Below are positions 42,172-58,116 of a stretch of 64,000 nt of DNA, one piece after another. The notes beneath the pieces were generated by a model. The model saw only the letters and a program-made list of their open reading frames with translations. It searched no databases and had not been told where the DNA came from. Position numbers and translations under genes: made by a program. The stretch spans positions 187,612,001 through 187,676,000 of the forward strand of contig OZ024741.1 of assembly GCA_964016885.1 (NCBI GenBank). The letters run 5' to 3'. Source of the stretch: Eledone cirrhosa. Lineage: Eukaryota. Positions within the stretch are counted from its first letter, which is position 1; every line of letters starts with the position of its first letter.

Positions 42172-43292
42172 CCATTGCAACATACACCTAACAACATTGT
42201 CGTCTGCTATTATTAACAACATCGCTAGACGAAGACGTCACACTGTACATCGTCTGCCTACCGTCACAACATCACAACACAACAAACATGGCAGACATGC
42301 TATGCTGCAGATAACAACATATCCGACTTCAACATCAATTATTCCTGCTGGAGAAGTGTTCCTTTAAACCAATATCGATCTAGGTATTGATGCGGCACGC
42401 TGCCAGGGTTTGCCGGTGGAAAAAAAACAAACAAACAAAAAGTCATAGCAACATCAGCATCACCCGAATGGTCGTATGAGTTGTTATTATCAACATCACC
42501 AGACTGACATCACTATAGTGTTTAGATCGATAAAAATAGCTGGTTTTTCAGGGGTTATTTTTATGCAGGGTTTTTTCCTCTTCTGTCTTTGCCAAGCACC
42601 ATTTAGCTCGCCAACATCAATAACATTGCGATTGGCTGAATACAAAATGTGTCGGGAATTTAAGAGGTTGTTAATGTATTTTGTCGCTATTGTTGCTTTG
42701 CTTTTAAGGGGAGGGGGGGGTGATTGAGCTTGTGTATGTATTATATATATATATGTTTATCTGTGGTGTAGTACTTTTCTTTGGGCATAAAAAGCAACAA
42801 CAGAAACGTAATATTATTAATAGCAATAATGATTTTAAATATAGCCACAGGGTACATATTTTATATTTCTGGTGGTAGAAAAAAAACTTATAACAGAACG
42901 AAATAGATCAGAGTACTTTTATTTCATGGGTTTCAGAAGGAGAAAAGTTAACGTTGACGGGATTTGAGCTCACGATTTTAAAGTAATGAAACTAATTACT
43001 GTAAAGCCCCTCTACTAGTTTTGACATGTAGCTGATTTCTAGTAAACTTTAAGGAGAGAACACAATTGACCTCGGCAGGATTTGAACTCAGAACGTAAAG
43101 TACCGAGTCAAATGACAAATATTCTAACGATTCTGCCAATAATAATATCTACAAGTGTATAAGTTAATTAAACTGACTAGTATATTAATACTAGTGTTAA
43201 TTATTAATATTTGAACTGTAAACATAAAAGAATGTAGTGAAATCGAAAGTTTGCCATTTCTGGTGCTTCTTTGCAACACGCTAATTCACTAA

Positions 43293-43800
43293 GCACATGT
43301 CTTGTGTTATGATAACCTTTGACCCAAGCTCACTGTGCTCTGTGTCAGGTTAAACTTTGAACCAAGAGCCACATTTGTCTTGTGTCATGATAACCTTTGA
43401 ACCAAGCTCACTCGGCTTTGTGTCATGTTAAACTTTGAATCAAGAGCCACATATGTCTTATGTCACGTTAAACTTCGAACCAAGCTCAGTGTATGGTGAC
43501 TTGTTAAACTCTAAACCAAGCATCACATTTCTTGTGTCACGTTAAAAACTGAACCAATCTCATGGTTTAGTGTCATGTTAAACTTTAAACTGAGCTCATG
43601 GTTTTGTGTCATTTTAAACTTCGAACCAAGCTCACGGTCTTGTGTCATGTTAAACTTTAAATTAAGCTCATGGTCTTATGTCATGTTAAACTTTGAACGA
43701 AGCTCATGGTCTTGTGTCACGTTAAACTTTGAACTAAGCCACATGTCTTGTGTCACGTTAAAATTTGAACCAAGCTTACTCTTGCTTTGTGTTACGGTAA
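43293..43800. repeat. ~33-bp minisatellite
   Basis: Consensus CATGGTCTTGTGTCATGTTAAACTTTGAACCAAGCT-like; source of the repetitive ORF at 43575. Confidence 0.85.
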
Positions 43801-44300
43801 GCTTCGGCATAAACATTATATTACATACTAATATTCAAGATTATATACTGGAAATAGCACACATACACTAAATATAATATATACTAGAGATACAAGACAG
43901 TAAAGTAGCCTCAAAACAATCGCTCAACCTGGTAGAATTAGTAGTCAAATCACCATACCGTAATAAAAAAGAGGACTCACTAGATAACATGTAAATCTAA
44001 GTCTGGATAAAAGATGGGAAGATCAAAGATGGAACACCTTTGATCATGTCTACTCAAATATGGCTGATGAGAACCTAAAGAACAAAAACTACTACAAAAA
44101 GACAGACCTAGGGTCGAGTAATTAACTAGCAGGCAATATTTGCCAGGAATATGAACTATGACAGACAAGCCAATCCAAAAAAACTAGTCTTCAATGACGC
44201 CTCACGGTGGTAGAAAAGGTGTCAACCTTTTTTGTAAAAAGTAAATCTTATATTCTACTTATAAATGCTTGATTATACAAAAAAACACACACACACATTA

Positions 44301-44430
<130 letters not shown>

Positions 44431-46062
44431 AATATGTACAGACGTGTCAGGTGTGTAGACAGATAGATCGATGCATGGGTAGATAGATGAACAGATAGCT
44501 AGATGGATAAATAGATGGACAGATAAATAGACGGGAAATATAGGCGGGTAGATGGGTGGGTAAACAAACAGGCAAGTAGATAGATGGATGACCATATTTG
44601 GCATTATATTAATGATACCTAGGTAAGAAAAAATGCGGTAAAAAGAGAGGAATACGGGTGAGCATAGTAACTGATTGCTAGCAGTATTGAGATAAAAAGA
44701 AGAATTAACCAACCAGCGATCAGCTATCTACCTTTAAGAGATTCTGATTGGTTGGTTGGTTTAGACTTATTTAAAGCGACAATGTTTATGTTTAACACGC
44801 TAATGACTGGTTGTTGCTGATGTTTGTTATTGTATAGAACTTATGTCAACCCTTATCCAAATCTATGATTAAAGGCTAGCCGTGACCATTAAATGTCATT
44901 TTTTTTTCGGGCATAATATATCTAGGACTACATATGTTATTAAGCTCTAAGCCAGTGTTTTCCAAAGTGGGTTCCGCGAGATAAGCTGTCTTTTAATAAA
45001 ATCAGGTTGTTAAAATATTGTTTTTCTTATATATAGAAACAAATACTATCTCTAATACAATTTTGTTTCGCAGAATGTCTTATAAAAATTAGGATTGCTT
45101 ACTAAATATAAATACGGGTTACACGAATTTTGGAAAATGGTATAAGCGGTTTCATGAGTTTGAGAATCAGTGCCTGTGATCCAGCAAAAACATAACCAAA
45201 GGTGTTTTAGCGAAAGGCGATACTTGAGTTTAGCCATAGCTGCATAGTATCAAAGGTGAAAATATGGTGCTAAACTTGAGAAGCGCCTCAACCGAGACCA
45301 TTCTTCTTCTTGCCCTTGTTTCTTCAAACATGTATTAGAAGTACGAAATGCAACGTGGATGTGGTTTGAACACAGATAGTAGAGAAGCTATAACTAACAT
45401 TACCATATGGTATGTCATCTTGTTCAGCACTCTACCGATTCTGTCATCAACCCCCAAATAATAATAATATTTCTTCTATTGCCACAATGGCGACAGGCTA
45501 ATAGTTATTTTCATGAGATGTTGCAATCAAACACAACACACAAGAATGCACGACAACAAACACTACACAGGACAACATTTACACGACACCACACGCTACA
45601 ATACACACACACACAACATAATATACACATTCGTTTTGATGGGGTGGAATTGTTTTTACTATCACCAACTGTTATTAAACACCAACACTATCAATATAAC
45701 CGCAACCTTAATCAATATAACTATCGGCCCCACCTGCATTACTATTCATCATCATCATCACCACCACCAACAGCACCACAACAACCATCACTACCGCTAG
45801 CAGTAATGCAGCTGAAGTTGCAGTTAATGTATTCAGCGCATTGCATGGCCACCGACCCGCCAAACCAGCCAACATTTGCAGTACCATAAACACAACAGAG
45901 AAAACATGCTTGCCCAGAGTTGACAATTGTAGTAGTAGTAGTAGCAGCAGCAGCAGCAAAACATGCATATATGTATATATAATCAGTAGATACGAACACA
46001 TTTATATATAGTAAAATATAAATCATATATATATATATGTGAGAGAGGGAGATTGAGAAAGA

Positions 46063-46158
<96 letters not shown>

Positions 46159-46260
46159 ACAAATGTATAAATACGTATTGCAATCATTTACCAACGCCAG
46201 CCCTTGCAAATATCGATATCTTTACTATAACAACGATTTTCATTATCGTTGTGATAAAAT

Positions 46261-46305
<45 letters not shown>

Positions 46306-46540
46306 TATATTGAGAGATGTGTATACATTGCAAAAAGCAGCCTGCCCTCTCATCACCACCTACTACTACTACTACTACTACAACTACAATCATCATCACC
46401 ATAAATGAAACACCACCACTACTACTACTACTACTGTTCCTTATTTACTATAATTGCAGATGCAACTCCCACTATATTACTGACACCACTACTACTACTA
46501 CTACTACATTACTACAAAACCGTCCTTGATTCTGCAACAG

Positions 46541-46585
<45 letters not shown>

Positions 46586-47153
46586 TAGACCTTACTACCA
46601 CTATCACTCCTATAATTACAATTGTTACTATCATCAGGCATCATCATCACAACATATTTACATCATTCTACTGTTGCTACTACTACTACTACTGCTACTA
46701 CTACTACTACTATTGAATTTACGAGGGATGAAGCCTCAGCGAGGTCAATTCCTCTGCTAGAAATAACAGCCCAATGTCCCTCAAATCAAACCCTACCGTT
46801 TCAGAGAAGGAGACGCTAGGGTGGTCATGGCTTCCCTATAAACATAGGGCAAAATGGGATGGTCACGGCTAGAATGCTTTTGATTATAGGCTAGGCTCCA
46901 ACAATGTTGACCTAGAGCTAAACAACGCCAATACTACTACTACTACTACTACTACGACTACTACGACTACAATTGTTACTATCATCATGTCAATGTCAAT
47001 ATTTACCAGCACCACCGCCACTACTGTAACAATTACTGCCACAACCACCACCACCACCACCACCACCACCATCATTGTAATATCTTTACAGTTACAATCC
47101 TATAACACGAGCTATTGCGATTTACAACCACTATCAGCATATTCCAATATATT

Positions 47154-47186
<33 letters not shown>

Positions 47187-47582
47187 CACTGCTACTACTA
47201 CTACCATCAACACCTACCACCCACCTACCCACCGCCATAACAATCAGCAGTAGCAAACTACTAGCAACAGTAAGAAATACAAGTAGTTGTAACAACAATA
47301 GTAGTATTGATAATATACAATGTCACGGTCATTACCACTACGACTAATAAATACAACTATCATTACCATCATAATCATTGTAGTCACCAGTCACCATTAC
47401 AACCTTCAATATCAACAACGTTATCCCAATCATCAACGTCATCTTCATAACAATCTACAATATTTTTCCTATCTGCCGCCATTACAACCAACAAGGAAGA
47501 CCCTATGTGATTGATCGACATGCTAAAAATAGCAGCGAAACTACCCTCAAATCTTATCAGATTTTAAAATGGAATGGTTATA

Positions 47583-47759
47583 CAGGTAAAATTTCGTTAT
47601 AACGAGTACCATTATAACGAATTTTTCAGTATAACGAAATTTTTTTCAATCCCCTGCCACACGCTCGATGTGTTAGGTCGATCTCGTTATAAAGAATTTT
47701 TCGTTACAACGAATTTTTTTTCTATACTCCGTGAATTTCGTTATAACGGAATTTCACAG
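47583..47759. mobile_element. pogo/Tigger-like MITE (relics at 48190-48253, 49763-49830, 61750)
   Basis: TA-flanked CAG..AAATTTCGTTATAACG termini with internal repeats of the palindrome CGTTATAACG. Confidence 0.6.
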
Positions 47760-48156
47760 TATTAAATAATGTAGTATTTTCTATTCCTAAAAAAGACGAG
47801 ATGGTTATGGTTGGAATGCTTTTGATTATAGGGCTGCTGGATCATAGTTGGCACGGGGCTAAACGTTACGACTACTAGTATTATCGTCGTCGTCATTGTC
47901 CAGAAAAAAATTACTATTATCGTATTTAGCATTATCATAAACATCATCATCATCATCAATACCATAATAGCCAATTAAGGAATCCCCCATCACGCCACAA
48001 ACACCACCATCATCATCATCAATACTAACATGTCTAAGCCAATCACGTAAAGTACAATATACCTTACATACATTTATTTGTGTGCGTGCACGCCCGTCCG
48101 GTGTCCCAGCACGACCAAAGGTTAAAGAATAATAGTATACAGATACTCGCACACAC

Positions 48157-48195
<39 letters not shown>

Positions 48196-48249
48196 CGTTA
48201 TAACGAAATTCACGAGGTATAGAAGAAAATTCGTTATAACGGAATTTTA

Positions 48250-48290
<41 letters not shown>

Positions 48291-48292
48291 TA

Positions 48293-48371
48293 CAGGGTGT
48301 CCCCAAAAGATGTATACACATTTCAACAGCATTGTGCATAAATTGTGTATACATTTTCTTGGGACACCCTG
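48293..48371. mobile_element. Tc1/mariner-type ~80-bp MITE (copies near 31511, 38101 and 38188 in tandem, 51800, 52279, 52985)
   Basis: TA-CAGGGTGTCCC...GGGACACCCTG-TA with an internal TGTATACACA..TTCAACAGCATT motif. Confidence 0.75.
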
Positions 48372-48502
48372 TATATAAAGTACATATTTATTTATTTATG
48401 AATAAAATAGTATTTAATTTTCATCACACAATACTCCCAGCACTACAATACTACTATTACTATTGCTATTACTATTACTACCGTATCACTTGTTAGCAGC
48501 AG

Positions 48503-48538
<36 letters not shown>

Positions 48539-48982
48539 ATTAAGTATGTAAAGTGCATATATCAAAAAATTATACATACATATATATATCAGATCACACC
48601 ACTTTATACTAATATCACCACCATTACCACAACTAACATCATCTTACTAGCACCACCACCACCACCACCATCACACATCCACTGTCATACCACCGCCACC
48701 GCCACAGCACTACACAAATGCCTAGTCAACAGTAGTTTCCTATGGAATACATAGTAACAGAGAAAGGCTTGGGTGGGGGGAAAAGATAAGTACAGTTGCA
48801 TAATGTAGTGTAGGTGGTGGTGGAGGGTAGGGCAGTTAGGGAGGATTGATAGGTGCGAAAAAGGTAACGGTGGTCGGAAAGGAAAGAATTATTATTATTA
48901 TTATTATTACTATTTTAGTTTTAATTTTTAACACTACTATATTCCACGTTGCTTCACTCATTGGACGTGTGTATATATATAT

Positions 48983-49020
<38 letters not shown>

Positions 49021-49172
49021 CACCTGTGTACATATTCTTCCATGGAATATGTATTTGGTATATATACAATATAGTGTGTTTCTTATACGATATATGGTTC
49101 TTTCTCTCTCTATATATATACCCTTTTTGAAAGGGTATGTCAATTATCTATTTGTAAAACTGTTATATATTG

Positions 49173-49237
49173 TATTTTGTCTGATGAAGGCATACCATTA
49201 TTTAACTTGGTATCCTTGAAATATATATAATGAAATA
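49173..49237 (+). ncRNA. Minimal type I hammerhead ribozyme
   Basis: TATTTTGT-CTGATGA-AGGCATACCA..TGGTATCCTT-GAAA-TATATA-TA|ATGAAATA. 8-bp stem I with 2 G.U; stem II 9 of 10 pairs. Confidence 0.8.
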
Positions 49238-49675
49238 AATATGGTTTTATAAATATAGTTTCCATTTATTAATATTGTATATATATATATATATATATAT
49301 ATCTTTCATTTGGTTTATATATATATATATATATACACTCCACTGACCTTACAGAGATTATATTATAATTCTAGTTGGAGAGGGGCATGCCCAATGTTTC
49401 GTCTAATATATGTTCATATGTACGTATATGTGTATATATTTCAAACGGTCCTCCACTTACTCCCGTGGTAAGAAAAACCCACTACATACATACATGCTTA
49501 CATACATACGTTCATACATAAACATGATTCGTGTTATTGCTAGAACGACTACGAGTAGCGCGCGAGTGTACACAAATACATGTGTAATAGTAGTCAGGCG
49601 AATGTTGTAGATTTAAATAAATACCATCATACCTTTATAATCGCACTACATGTGTATGTATGTACGTATGTATAT

Positions 49676-49761
<86 letters not shown>

Positions 49762-49832
49762 TACAGTGAAATTCCATTATAACGAAATTTATGGGGTATG
49801 AAAAAATTCATTATAACAGAATGTTTTCCTAT

Positions 49833-49895
<63 letters not shown>

Positions 49896-50931
49896 TTTCT
49901 ACTTTTGGCACAAGGCCACCAATTACCCAGTGCATTACTGGTACTTTATTTTATCTACCCCCTAAGGATATATATATATAATGTCTTGTATGTGTGTGAA
50001 CGTTTGTTGTGATTTGACACTAGGTTAGTGATACCCTCAATTGATAAAGCTAAGACTTACAACACTTAAATGTGCCCTTCATGTTTAAGGTGTGATGATT
50101 ATGGGGCCGGAGAGAGGAACTGGCTGCTATTTCTATCAGAACTCTTTCAGTAGTATGACGTATATGTATATATATATATATGTGTATGTGTGTGTATGTG
50201 TGTATGTGTATGTGTGTGTGTGTGTACGCGCATGCATGTGCATTTGTTATATAGCAGTCGGCAAAATATATCAATATACCTGCGTTGGTTATATAGCAGT
50301 CGCCAATGTATATATATATACTTTGATACAACGGTCTGCCACGTCTGTGTGAGTGTGTATTTACTGTGTAACTATGCCATGCATGCGTGCACTAATGTGT
50401 TTGGCTATTTGGGTATTGTGGCGATGTAGCATATACACACATGTGTGTGTGTGTGTATGCGTAAGTGTAGGTGTATGTATTTTACCTGTGTAACAGAGTG
50501 ACATTTATTTCGACGACATCAACAGCCTGTAATAATATATACATATATATGAGTTTTTACTATATGGTAGAATGTAATATGCATGTGTATGTATGTGCGT
50601 GCATATATGTTTGAACGTATATTTTTAACGATATAGCAGTATACAATGGGTATGTTAGCATTTATTTGTGTTTTGACTGCATTAGCAGTCTGCAACGTGT
50701 ATGTATGTCTGTATATGTGTTATACGTGCTCGTGTATCTATGAGCGCGCGCGCGCGTTTTAACCGTGTAGCAGCGAGCCGAGTGAGGTGACTGAGTGTGT
50801 ATGTATAAATGGCAGAATGACATGTATGAATGGTGTGTATATGTGTGTGTTCGATTACACAGCAGTTTGTAATTTTTTTGAATGGATATATGCGACTATA
50901 TAGCAGTTGATGTTTATATATATATATATAT

Positions 50932-50988
<57 letters not shown>

Positions 50989-51736
50989 TATATATATATG
51001 TATGTGTGTATGTTTTAACTGCATGGCAGATTGATGTGCTGTGTATGTATGTATGTGTGTGTGTTGTGACAACACATCAGTTTGTAATGTGTTTCTTTGC
51101 TATTTAGCATCTGTAATGTATGTGTATGTGTTTAGCATACAGCAGTCGATAATGTGTATATATGTATATATTTATGTGCAACGTATGTATATATGTTGAC
51201 TACACAGCAGTTTGCAGTGCGTTAGTGTACATATGTATATAAGCATATATGAATGTGTTTATATATATATATATACGAAATAGCGTCTTTAAGGTATGTG
51301 CATGTGTATATATAGATATGTTCTGAGTATATAGCAGCCAAAAGAGTATATATAAATGCATTTATGTGTGTTTTGGCTGCATAGCAGTAATAAAGATATT
51401 CAGTAGTAGTAGTAGTAGTAGTAGTAGTAGTCTGCCACACGCACCTGTTTTGTATGCGTAAGGATCTGTTGTAAATGTGTCTGTGTGTTGGTCGTAAGAT
51501 TTATGTGTGTGCTTTGTACATAGAGCAGATTGTGTAGAAGCGCGCGCGTGTGTGTGTTTTGACTACATAGCAGACTTGCTGTACATGTGTGAGTGAGGGA
51601 GAGGTGTATATTTTGACTATGTTGCAGACTGCTATGTGCATGTTTTGACTGTATAGCAGGCCTGATGCATGCATGCATGCGTGTATAGTATTGACTACGC
51701 ATGTGTACATACATATATATATACACATACGTACAC

Positions 51737-51767
<31 letters not shown>

Positions 51768-52604
51768 CACACCCACATACGTATACACATATATGTGTCT
51801 GTGTACACACTTCAACAGCATTCTAATCAGTGTGTATACATTTTTTTTTGGGGGGGGGGTCACCCTGAATACATACATACACATCCATACATACATACAT
51901 GCATGCATGAAGACAGGCAAACACGCCAATTCAAAATGTTATATATACACAAATTAAATCATTCGAAAATGCATCCATCCATATATACATACATACATAC
52001 AATAGTCGTTTAGAAGTGTGTTCACTATATATTAATTAGACTGCTGAGTATGAGTTATAGTAATAGTAGAGTGCCTGGCATGTGTGTTTGTATAGTAATG
52101 TGTGTATATCATCATGTATTGACTATGTATGTGTATATTGATGACTATATAGTAGTATGCCGTATATGTTAATTATATAGTAGTATATCGTGTGTGTGTG
52201 TATGTTATTGGTATTGTATGTTGTATGGATGTGTGTGTAAACTGTATGCATACATACATACCCACACACGTATATATACAGGGTGTCCCAGAAATGTATA
52301 CACACTTCAACACCATTCTAATGAATATGTGTTAACATGTTTGGGACACTCTCTCTATATATATATAAAACAATAGTCGTTTAGAAAGGAAAATATACAT
52401 AGAATCAAGTGAGTGTATATATATATAATACATTAACAAAGAAAGTTTTTAGCGATACTCTGACCAACTCCATCTCACTCAACAAACATTAGGATATACC
52501 TGAGTATAATCCCAATTATGTGTTTGGGGTGCTAAATATATAGTATTTTGTGGACAGTTGGTGTATTATTTTATATGAGACAATTAAATAAATCTCTCTT
52601 TCTT

Positions 52605-52727
52605 TCCATACGATCGTTTCGTTATAAGATTTCTACAAGGTGGGAAAAATAATGTCCAAGTTGTGTAGAAGCTTGTATATAACCCATACATATACACACA
52701 AGTGAGCTCTTATAACTCATCAGTGGA
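52605..52727 (-). ncRNA. Type I hammerhead ribozyme with a branched, expanded stem II
   Basis: TCCA-CTGATGA-GTTATAAGA...TCTTATAAC-GAAA-CGATCG-TA|TGGA. 9-bp stem II base encloses two more hairpins (CTTGTGTGTA/TATATACAAG and TTCTACA/TGTAGAA). Palindromic stem III, GUA triplet. Confidence 0.8.
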
Positions 52728-53404
52728 TGCCCAAGCAATATCAATATAAAAAACTACATTGATATTAATATTCAGTGATGGATATATATAAATATATATA
52801 TGTATGTATAAGCAAGTATACAAGTAATTATATATTATGTTATGTATATGTGCGTGGGCATGCCATTATTTACACATGAACATAGTATGTGTATATATGC
52901 TTGCATTTAGCAAATTTGTTGACAAATATGCTTCAAATGTATGTATAAATAGTTTTTATGGTTACTCATTTTATATTATATACACAGGATGTCCTAAACA
53001 AATGTATACACCTGTATAGGCAATACTTATTAGAATGTGTATACATATTTTTGACACCATGTATATACATTTTAACATTGATAAGTGGCTGCCAGTTTGT
53101 GTATACATGTATATATATGTGTGTAATCTCTACATTAGTATAGTGAGCATATAACAATGATTTAATGTACACACAAATGTTTGTATATAGTTTATGAATG
53201 TGGGTATATAGAACGAGTTTAGAGTACATGTGTTTGTAAATGCTAATATATGTACTATGTATGTATATAGACACATATATGTAGATAATCAATGAATGTG
53301 TCTGAACATACATGTCTGTGTAGATGTAAATATATGTGTAGGCATATACATATATGCAAGCTTTTAATCAATGTGCATGCATATGCTTACATGCACACAT
53401 ACAT

Positions 53405-53473
<69 letters not shown>

Positions 53474-54427
53474 AGCATGTGTGTGCGTTTATGTATGTGT
53501 AAGGTATGTGTATATATATATGTGTATATACACTAAACAGAGTTTACTCATACAGATTTAATATACACAATCTGGGGAGGCACACCACCTTTAATAAAGG
53601 AGCACAAAGGGTTGTCATACTTGATAGCTAGCTGACAGACTGAGACTCTCTCTCTATATATATATATATTATATATATATATATGCAATGATGAAATCAG
53701 TGTGTGTGTTGGCACTGCGGTATTTCTGTCCTGTATCTATGGTAATTTGGGGGTTTCCTATGCCACAACACACCCTTTAATGTTTTCTCATTGGTGAATA
53801 TACTTTAGCAGTGTTGTCTGTGTCTTAGTAGTAGTAGTAGCAGTAATTCTGCAATACATTTAGATGCCTATGTGTATGTATGTATGTAATAAAGTGGATA
53901 TTATCCATCTAGTAGTTTTCTTTGTGTGTGTATATTTGTGTTTTGTAAGATCTATATAGTAGTCTCACATGTTGATGTAGTCTGCATATGTGTGTTTATG
54001 TAAGAGTGACACATTGTCTATTGGTAGTTCTGTATGTATGTATGTTTTGTATGAAACTGTATAACTATATATATATAATAATTTGACATGTGTCAATGTA
54101 ATGTTTTATGAAGAGTACTATCCTGTGCTGTATGTGTGTCTGTATGTATGTATATATATATATATTTATATATATATGTATATATATATATACATGTATT
54201 GACCATTTTGGAGATATTTATGTATGTATGTATGTATGTATGTATTATTGTGTGAAATATATGTAGTAATAGGTTGTGTGAGGATATAGTCTGTTAGGAA
54301 GAGGTGTTCTTGTTTGGCACCAAATCAGTGCTGATTAAGCAAGCACATAAGATCAAAGGCAGCCGTGACCACCATCGTATTTATTTGTATATGTAGGATT
54401 TCATTATCCAATCTATTCTTTCTATTT

Positions 54428-54654
54428 TATTAAAATTGTAGAACAAGATTTGAAGGAGATCAGACTGCATTTTTTAGCAAGTTGAGCAACCAGATAGTGG
54501 CCCCTTGAGTACTTTCATGTGGCATGTTCATGTGTGTATATATATATAAAAATGTATGGTATTAAAATTGTAGGGCAATATTTGAGGAAGATAAGACTGT
54601 ATTTTTTTAGCAAGTTGAGCAACCATAGTGGCTCCTTGAGTACTTTCATGTTTG

Positions 54655-54686
<32 letters not shown>

Positions 54687-54795
54687 TATGGTATTAAAAT
54701 TGTAGAGTAAGATTTGAGGGAGATCAGACTGCTTTTTTTAGCAAGTTGAGCAACCACATAGTGGCTCCTTGAGTACTTTCATATGGTATGTTCAT
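54428..54795. repeat. Three tandem ~130-bp units
   Basis: TATTAAAATTGTAG...TTTTAGCAAGTTGAGCAACC...TTGAGTACTTTCAT repeated three times with TA spacers. Confidence 0.9.
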
Positions 54796-55123
54796 GGGTG
54801 TGTGTATATATATATATGTATATATGATATGGGTATGTAGTCCATCTAGTAGTTTCACATATGCATGCCTTATTAATATTAAACTCCTCCCCTATAATTT
54901 TTGACTTTGCATCAAGGTGAAAAAACATAATAATTATTATACTAGTCATTAATATTATAATAATTATTATTATTAATAGGACCTTATGCTTTATGAGTTA
55001 CTTGGGTCACATTTTTTTTAATATATATGCCAGAATATGAAGTTAACATTGCAAATGAGAGGTGTCAACTGTCTCAGAAAGTGTATGGGGTGTACTATAC
55101 ATGTGTATATATATATGTATATA

Positions 55124-55154
<31 letters not shown>

Positions 55155-55661
55155 CATGTGTACGTCATACTTTAAGGCATTGTGGTTTGACCATAAAGGG
55201 AACTTGGTGGCTGCTATTTCAAGCAGGCCTAACGACAACACACAGGCTTCTTTGTTGTTTCATGTATATATGTTTATTTGTGAATAGTAGTAGTCTGACA
55301 ATGATTTCAGAACTTACTTATATCACTACCACCATCATTACCGCTATAAGCTTCATTACCTCTACATTTACGATGACTACTTCTAACCATCACTACCACC
55401 AACACTATTAGCACCAACCACTAACAATCACCACTACCAATCACCATCTCTACTATTATTATGATCATCCCCATGGTCAGTAGTTAAACATCAATTCTAA
55501 CATGATATCAAGGGATGTGCTGAACGCAGATATTTACATTATTTGCCAGGGGCTATGTGCATGGCTGTATATGCATATATACATACATATATGAGTGTGT
55601 GTGTGTTAATATATTCATGTGTGGATATGTGAATATACAGGAGTGTGAATGTACATCTGTA

Positions 55662-55708
<47 letters not shown>

Positions 55709-57743
55709 ATACTGTGATTTATGATAATTGTCGCAAGTTTCTTGGAAATATATGTATGCATTGTTTTTATGTATGTATTAGTTGAATATATGTATGTGTG
55801 TATGAATATATATGTGAATGTACAAGTTCTTTTATTCCTCAAATGTTGTCAATCATTGGACTGCAGCCATGTTGAGGCAATAAATACATCATCTTCCAGT
55901 ACTGATTTATGTCTGTTACTCGTTATCAACTTTCTGTGTGTATCCAGGTTAGACTAGATACACTATATCCTAGGTATTGTAGGAAGTAACTATTGGGGTT
56001 GGCACCAGGATGGGCATCTAACCGAAAAAAATTGCTTGGAATTAGGACTCGCAAGTGTAACCTGTTTTAAGGGCCTTAAAATATTTGCTGACATAAAGGG
56101 ACACAACTCAATTTACTATTTCTTACACTAGCTGACATGCACACATTTCTGTGACAAATGTCCACACAATTTCTGTCTCCCTAATTCCTTTCACACTTCC
56201 TGGTTGAATCCGAATTACTTGTTATGAAATGAACTCTGTAGCTATCCGTGCTCCTTTGTATAATAGGAAATGTCAAATGGCTGAGTGGGTAGGTCAATAG
56301 TCCACCAACAATGTACCTAGGTATAAATAGGTACCACCAGTTGAAAGCCACCAAACAGCACAATCCAGTCCTGTCCAGCACACATGAGCACAGATGTTGC
56401 ACCTGTGAGAACCCTGCTTTTTATTCATTCTTTTTTTCAGACCTTTTTGCACACTCTTTAAAAACTTGGAGGAGCACCAGGTGGGGTCACAAAAACTCAC
56501 AGAAAACTGAAAATATAAATTTTTTTAACATAGGCCCTTGACCACACATTTGAGGAAGGAGTAAGTCAATTAAATTAACTGGTACTTTAAAGTTGATCAA
56601 CTCTGGAAGGATAAAAGACAAAATCAACCCTGATGGGATTTGATAAAGAGAGTTAACTAAATATTCTACTTGTTCTATCATCCCAGGCCTACACTATCCT
56701 AGTAATAAGGAGACACTACAAACTCTGTCCCAAGCCTGGTAAATCATCAAGCCAGTTTAATCTGGTTTTGTTAGAGTTAAGCAACTGGGAGAACAAGATT
56801 TCCCCTGTGACAGGATGCCAGTCTATGCCAGAGTTAACAAGTAGCTGCTGGTGGTGGTACTCATTTTCAAGTGATATGACACAAACAATATGAAATGAAG
56901 TGTTTTGCTCCAGAACACAACAAGCCACCTAGTTGGGGAATCGAACCTACAACATTACAATCATAAGTTCAACACCCTAACCTTATATCATATGTAATAT
57001 ATATCGTGTGTAATAGTTGCTAATTACTGAGAGACAGTCCAAGGTAAATGATATGTTGTAACCTTGACTAGAAGGTCACTACTAGAAATAAAGTGATGAG
57101 GATAATGTGCATGTATATGTATCTTTGCATATCATGTATATGCATATGTGTGTGAGTGTGTATTCAATGGATGTCTGTGTGAGTGTGTGTGCATGTCTAT
57201 ATGTATGTATGCTATCATTTATCAACTGTAGGTTAGATGGGTTCTATGGGTGTATATATGTGTGTGCATTCATCAATGTGTTCATGAATGTATGTGTATA
57301 CAAGTGTGCATATGTATGTGTGTGTGTGTGTGTTTATGTGTTTGTCTATATATATGTATCTATGTTCCCATATGCCTATGTGTATGCATGATATGGTGGG
57401 TATGTATGTATGTATGTATGTATGTATGTCTATATGTATGCATGTATGTTTGTATAAATGGTATGCATGTATGTTTGCATGTGTCCATGTTTGTATGTAT
57501 GTGTGCATGAGTTTGTACGTATGTTTGTATGTACGTGTGCATGAGTCTGTATGTCTGTTTGAATGTGTGTGAATGTGTGTGTAAATCTGAAGAACAAGTC
57601 TTGTCCTGGTGAAGCATGTTTTAACATCAACATCAATATTGATCCCAGACCAGAAACCAGACATATGTAATGTGATGTAGAGAGGAAAGAAAAGTAGGAT
57701 GAATAGCTAAAGCTGGGAGAGAAGCAAAGCTGGTCGCACTGGC

Positions 57744-57812
<69 letters not shown>

Positions 57813-57832
57813 TTGATGGTGGTAGTACTGGC

Positions 57833-57885
<53 letters not shown>

Positions 57886-58081
57886 TTGATGGTGGTAGTA
57901 CTGGCTAGTAATAGTAGTGGTGGTAGTTAGACTGGCTAGTAGTAGTAGTAGTAGTAGTGATGGTGGTGGTACTGGCTAGTAATAGTAGTGGTGGTAGTAG
58001 TTACACTGGCTAGTAGTAGTAGTAGTAGTGATGGTGGTGGTACTGGCTAGTAATAGTAGTGGTGGTAGTAGTTACACTGGC

Positions 58082-58116
<35 letters not shown>

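Noticed and set aside
42284-42302. p53 response element AAACATGGCAGACATGCTA
   Set aside because: CATG cores are 9 bp apart rather than 10 and the pyrimidine flanks are mismatched.
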